From positions 1 to 64,000 of the forward strand of contig JBMORE010000127.1 of the NCBI GenBank assembly GCA_049322255.1: 64,000 nt of DNA, written 5' to 3'. Positions within the stretch are counted from its first letter, which is position 1, and every line of letters begins with the position of its first letter. This stretch comes from Myxococcota bacterium (GTDB lineage Bacteria > Myxococcota > Myxococcia > Myxococcales > Myxococcaceae). Shown in pieces: positions 58,907-64,000 of this stretch. A model generated the notes under the pieces. It was not told the DNA's origin. It did no database searches and saw only the letters and a program-made list of their open reading frames with translations. Both the position numbers and the translations under genes were made by a program.

Positions 58907-59644
58907 TCAAGGCTCCACGTGAAGGACGAGCCGACCCACCGCGACGTCGCGCGACGCGCCCGAGTCTATACGATGCAGCGCCTCGGCCGGGCCAAGCGAG
59001 GTGGGCGTGCGGGAGGCCACCACCCACACCGTCACCGAACCCGACTCTCCCGCCAGTGACACGCCCGCCAGCTCGCCGCGCAACCGCAGGTCGTTGGTGC
59101 CGGCCTCCAGTGGTACCTCGCCCAAAAGGCGAGGCTTGGAGTCGGCGCTCTGAAGCCACAGCGCCGCGACACCAGCCTCCGAGGAGTGGGCACGGAAGAC
59201 GATGACGTCGTCGGGGCGAACACGGGCGCCGTCGGAGACGCGCCGCACCGTTCCATCGGGCGATTGAGCCGCGGCGCTCAGCTCCAATACCAGTCGCCCG
59301 GCGTTTGCTTTGATCCCCTTGTCCTCGTCGGGAGGGCGCACGAAGACGATGGCGGCGATCCCCGCGGCGAGCAAGCTGGCGGCGACCCCGGCCACTGCGA
59401 AGCGCCGCGGGCGTCGACGCGCGCGCTCCACCCGGCGCCAACCCACCTCATTGAACGGCGACGAGCGCGGGCCGGCGGCCTCGAGCAGCAGCGCGTCGGC
59501 GAGGCCGTCGAGCAGGCTGGGGCCGCTCTTTTCGAGGAAGGTGTCGCACACCTCGCAGCCTTGCGCGAGGTGCTCCACCAGCTCACGGTGCACGGCCGGC
59601 TGGGCGAACAGCGCCTCCAGAAGGTTTTCGTCGAGGTGCGCCAC
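58907..59644 (-). CDS. Zinc-finger membrane anti-sigma factor with a periplasmic Ig-like (DUF4384-like) domain
   Basis: HL...HLAQGCEVC; single TM FAVAGVAASLLAAGIAAIVFV; follows the ECF sigma gene after 2 nt. Confidence 0.75.
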   Translation of the reverse strand: MAHLDENLLEALFAQPAVHRELVEHLAQGCEVCDTFLEKSGPSLLDGLADALLLEAAGPRSSPFNEVGWRRVERARRRPRRFAVAGVAASLLAAGIAAIVFVRPPDEDKGIKANAGRLVLELSAAAQSPDGTVRRVSDGARVRPDDVIVFRAHSSEAGVAALWLQSADSKPRLLGEVPLEAGTNDLRLRGELAGVSLAGESGSVTVWVVASRTPTSLGPAEALHRIDSGASRDVAVGRLVLHVEP

Positions 59645-59646
59645 GG

Positions 59647-60225
59647 CTACTCCCACCTCGCCTTCGTCAGCCGCACGAGCAGCTCGCGCTTTGCCCGGGC
59701 CCGGAAGCGCTCCAGCCGCATGGTGACGGCGCTCTTTCCCACGCCCAGCCGTTCGGCAATCTCCCGCGCCGACAGGCGGCCCTCCAAGTAGAAGAGGCGA
59801 ACCGTTTCTTTCTCGGCGCCCTCGGGCAGCGCCTCCACCAGCTCTCGCACCACACGGGCATCCACCTCGGCGTGAAAAGCAGGCGGGAGCAGACCGATGG
59901 CGGCTACCTCCTCGGCCTGCAGCAGCGCCTGCGTTCGACGCGAGGAGGCCGATTTCGCCAGGTGCGACAACGCGCGGTTGCGGGCGATGCACAACAGCCA
60001 AGACTCGAAGGCTGCCGCCGCCTTCAAGCGGGGAAGGGCTCTGAATGCGCGGGTGAAGGTTTCTTGCACCACGTCCTCCATGTCGTCCTGGTCGAGAGTG
60101 GCGAAGCCCTCGAGCAGGCGCACCACCAGCGGCCGGTAACGCTCGAAGAGCGCCCGGAGCGCCGCCGCATCGCCCTTTTGTGCCCGGTCGATGAGCCGGG
60201 CCGTCTCCTCCGTCACCGTCTTCAT
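59647..60225 (-). CDS. ECF RNA polymerase sigma factor
   Basis: GD..A...L..RY, EDVVQETF, F.SWL..IARN and LS.REIAERLG. Confidence 0.92.
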   Translation of the reverse strand: MKTVTEETARLIDRAQKGDAAALRALFERYRPLVVRLLEGFATLDQDDMEDVVQETFTRAFRALPRLKAAAAFESWLLCIARNRALSHLAKSASSRRTQALLQAEEVAAIGLLPPAFHAEVDARVVRELVEALPEGAEKETVRLFYLEGRLSAREIAERLGVGKSAVTMRLERFRARAKRELLVRLTKARWE

Positions 60226-60337
60226 GGTGGACCCGCGGTGCCCGCGAGCGGCCACGCACTGTGCCCCAAGCCGGCCGTGGCCGGAACGACGGATGCCGGG
60301 TCTACAGGGCAAGGCCGCCGCATCTTCCGGGAGAGCC

Positions 60338-62299
60338 ATGAAAAACGTCCGATTCCTCGCCGTGCTGGTCGCTGTGGGTGTGGTTGGTTGTCAGTGCAAC
60401 AACCCCATTGTGGCGCCTGTCGATGACGGGGGTGCCGGAGGCGGAGGTTCCGACGCGGATGCAGGGGGAGGAACGTGCGGCGACCCGGGGCAGGTCTGTT
60501 GCGTGGGTGGCGCCTGCAACGCGGGGGGCTGTTGTGTCGGCAACGTCTGCGCGGCAGCGGGCGCGCAATGTGGAGCGCTCCAGGGCACCTGCAGCAACGG
60601 AAGCTGCGGCAACTGCGGCGGTCTCGGAGAGGCCTGCTGCACCGGCAACACCTGCACGGCGGCGGGGACGGCCTGCGTCGCCAATACCTGCTCCGCCTGC
60701 GGTGGCGTGGGGCAGCCCTGCTGCGCGGCCAACACCTGCACCACGGCGGGAGCCACCTGTCGCAACAGCGTATGCGCCGTCTGCGGCGGGTTGGGTGAGG
60801 TCTGTTGCCCGGGCCGGCAGTGCGACGCCGCCTCCTCTGTTTGTCTCGGCGGAGGCGCGGGCACCTGCGCGGCCTGCGGCGGCCCCGGCGAGCCCTGCTG
60901 CGCGGGCAGCAACTGCGGCGCGGGTGGTTGCTGCGTGAACAACGTGTGTACCTCCAGCGGTTCCACCTGTCCCACGCTCGGCGGCGCGTGCGCCAACGGC
61001 AGCTGTGGCAGCTGTGGAGGGGCCGCGCAAACGTGCTGCGCCGGCGGTATCTGCACCGCGGGGAACGTCGTCTGCCAGGCGACCCAGTGCGTGGCGTGCG
61101 GAAGCCCAGGTCAGCCCTGCTGCGGCAACAACAGCTGCACGGCGGGGGCCACGGTGTGCAGCAACGGTAGCTGTACCGCCTGTGGCGGCGCGGGTCAGCC
61201 TTGCTGCCCCGGAGGACAATGCTCCGCGGCGGGCACGGCCTGCGGCGGCGGTGTCTGCCGCGCTTGCGGAGGTCCTGGGGAGCCGTGTTGTCCCGGTTCA
61301 AACTGCGCGGGCGGCTGCTGCGATACTGCAGCCGGCAATGTGTGTCTCGCCCCGGCAGCCACCTGCGGAGGCGGCGACCTGTGTCTCGCCTCCGGCCAAT
61401 GCGCGGGCTGCGGCGGTCCCGGCCAGCCGTGCTGTGGCGGCACCACCTGCAACAGCGCGGCAGACATCTGTGTCCAGGGGCAGTGCACGAGCTGCGGCGG
61501 GCCGCTTCAGCCTGCCTGTGCGGGCAACTCCTGTCTGGCGGGCGCCTGCTTCGACGCGGCCACGGGGCTGTGCGTGCCCGCGGGCGGCAACCTGACCGGC
61601 GGCACCGCGGTGTGCGACGGCAACGGCGGCGCGGTGGCTTGTGGTGGGGCAGGGCAGCCCTGCTGCGCCGGCAACACCTGCTCCGCCACTGGCGCGTGCT
61701 GCGCGGGTGGCACTTGTGTGAACGACGTGGCTGCGTGCGGCGGAGGCCTGGGCACGTGCAATGGCGGCGCCTGCGGCAACTGCGGCGGTGCGGGCGACCC
61801 GTGCTGCCAGGCCCAGGGGCCTGGCGCGGACTTTTGCACCGCGTCCGGGCTTGCCTGCAACCCGAACAACAACAACTGCACGGCCTGCGGTGGCGCGGGC
61901 CAAGCCTGCTGCGACGGCAACGTCTGTGCCGCTGGCGGGTGCTGCGACCAGAACACCGGTCTGTGCGTGGCGTCGGGGGGCACCTGCAGCGACAACCAGG
62001 GCTCTTGTTCGAACGGCGGTTGCCGCGGCGGCACCTGCGGGCGAATCAACCAGCCGCAGTGTGGAGGAAACGTGGTGTGCACGGCGCCCTACACGGTGGA
62101 GGTCGACAACGTCTGTCGCGCCTGCGGAGGGAACGGCCAGCGCTGCTGTGACGCTCCGGGCGGGCTGTACTGTGGCACCGGGTTCACCTGTGGGCAGAAC
62201 AGCACCTGCGTTCCTTGCGGAGGGGCGGGCGAGCTGTGCTGCTATGGTCGTTTCTGTGATTCAGGATTGAGCTGCGGTACCAACCTGCGATGCAACTGA
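60338..62299 (+). CDS. Cys-rich lipoprotein with ~17 CGGxGQPCC-type repeats
   Basis: RBS GGAGAG; lipobox VVGC-QC; tandem ~30-45-aa Cys modules. Confidence 0.85.
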   Translation: MKNVRFLAVLVAVGVVGCQCNNPIVAPVDDGGAGGGGSDADAGGGTCGDPGQVCCVGGACNAGGCCVGNVCAAAGAQCGALQGTCSNGSCGNCGGLGEACCTGNTCTAAGTACVANTCSACGGVGQPCCAANTCTTAGATCRNSVCAVCGGLGEVCCPGRQCDAASSVCLGGGAGTCAACGGPGEPCCAGSNCGAGGCCVNNVCTSSGSTCPTLGGACANGSCGSCGGAAQTCCAGGICTAGNVVCQATQCVACGSPGQPCCGNNSCTAGATVCSNGSCTACGGAGQPCCPGGQCSAAGTACGGGVCRACGGPGEPCCPGSNCAGGCCDTAAGNVCLAPAATCGGGDLCLASGQCAGCGGPGQPCCGGTTCNSAADICVQGQCTSCGGPLQPACAGNSCLAGACFDAATGLCVPAGGNLTGGTAVCDGNGGAVACGGAGQPCCAGNTCSATGACCAGGTCVNDVAACGGGLGTCNGGACGNCGGAGDPCCQAQGPGADFCTASGLACNPNNNNCTACGGAGQACCDGNVCAAGGCCDQNTGLCVASGGTCSDNQGSCSNGGCRGGTCGRINQPQCGGNVVCTAPYTVEVDNVCRACGGNGQRCCDAPGGLYCGTGFTCGQNSTCVPCGGAGELCCYGRFCDSGLSCGTNLRCN

Positions 62300-62337
62300 C
62301 GACGTCGGTGCCTTCTTTGAAGCGGCAGGGAGAAGCG

Positions 62338-63242
62338 ATGACGAATGACTCGACGATGTCCGCGGCGGTGTTCCATCGAGGCGCGGCGGTGGCGCTCGCG
62401 CTTTGGGCCGGGGCAATTTTGGGCGGTTGCAACTGCGGCGGAACACCGGCGAATTGTGGCGGTCTGGGGCAGGCCTGCTGTGCCGGCGCCACCGAGTGTG
62501 CCGCCGGCGGCGTCTGCCAGCGTGGCGTCTGTGCACAGTGCGGCGGCCCCGGGCAACCCTGCTGTGAGGCGAGCAGCTGCGCGGGCGGCGGCTGTTGTCT
62601 GAACAACGTGTGCGTGGCGGTCGGAGCAACTTGCCCCGGCTTCGGCGTGTGCAGCGGCGGCAGCTGTGGTGGCTGCGGAGCAGAGGGTCAGAACTGCTGC
62701 GGTGGCCGGTGCACGGCCCCTGGCATGGGCTGCAACGGCTCGGTTTGCGCGCCCTGCGGCGGCGCCGGACAGCCGTGCTGCGCCAATGACACGTGCACCG
62801 CTCCCAACTTGGGCTGTACGGGCGCCAACACTTGTGCGGCGTGCGGGGGCGCCGGCCAGCCGTGCTGCGCGAACCAGACGTGCGGCGGGAGCGGCCTGGC
62901 GTGCAACAACTCGGTGTGTGCGGCTTGCGGCGAGGCGGGACAGCCTTGCTGCCCGGGCAGCGTGTGCAACAGCGGCGGCTGCTGCGACCAGAACGGCCCC
63001 ATCTGCATCGCCAGTGGAGCGGCCTGCCCAGGAGGCCAAGGCACCTGCTCGGGTGGTGGCTGCCAGAACGGCGCCTGTGGCCTGGCCGGCCAGGCGTGTT
63101 GCGGCAATGGTGTGGAGTGCACGGCGGCCTTCACCGACTGCCGCAACAATGTCTGTGCGCAGTGCGGAAATGCCGGCCAGCGGTGCTGCCCGAACGAGGT
63201 CTGCGCCACCGGCCTGGTGTGCAACCGAGGAAACGACGTCTG

Positions 63243-63249
<7 letters not shown>
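62338..63249 (+). CDS. Cys-rich lipoprotein with 8 CGGxGQPCC-type repeats (paralog of the upstream gene)
   Basis: Lipobox LGGC-NC; same repeat unit. Confidence 0.8.

Positions 63250-64000
<751 letters not shown>

Noticed and set aside
60226..60337. ECF consensus promoter (GGAAC...GTCTA) in the sigma / Cys-protein spacer
   Set aside because: The spacing between the candidate -35 and -10 is about 12 nt, too short for a typical ECF promoter, so it is not called.

Overview
GC-rich window, most likely from a myxobacterium (Myxococcota). The evidence is the many Cys-rich and Ig-repeat lipoproteins, a PEGA-type Ser/Thr kinase, a CglD-like gliding lipoprotein and a fadI-fadJ pair. Main blocks: (1) 1-16.5 kb: DTW fusion protein, methyltransferase, a giant IPT/Kelch lipoprotein with an outer-membrane (OM) barrel and Cys-rich lipoprotein, PilZ protein, a kinase module and a GT-C glycosyltransferase. 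(2) 16.5-18.3 kb: a ~1.6 kb integrated element at tRNA-Asp, bounded by 43-bp att repeats, with an intact BrnT/BrnA-type TA pair and an internally deleted tyrosine integrase; then tRNA-Asp and tRNA-Val. (3) 18.3-37.6 kb: an alpha-glucan (starch/glycogen) uptake locus with a six-module lipoprotein, MalK, a MalE-MalF fusion, MalG, a lipoprotein isoamylase, two Ig lipoproteins, a LamB-like porin and a lipoprotein alpha-amylase with CBM20. A perR-ahpC-ahpD-dps cassette with two TTAGAC-N3-GTCTAA boxes lies between the six-module lipoprotein and the ABC genes. (4) hemE plus a ferrochelatase-like gene lacking the catalytic His and Glu, a decayed patch, fadIJ, a cglD-like gene, GT2/YdjC and a diguanylate cyclase. 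(5) 55-63 kb: an ECF sigma / zinc-finger anti-sigma / lipidated caspase-OM-barrel operon, divergent from two CGGxGQPCC-repeat lipoproteins; then the 3' part of rarA. The best candidates for undescribed biology are the caspase-barrel/ECF trans-envelope module, the exported glycogen-debranching system, the pseudo-ferrochelatase, and a recurring D-[GA]-G motif plus C-x-C lipobox in exported proteins. All calls come from reading motifs by eye; no database searches were run.
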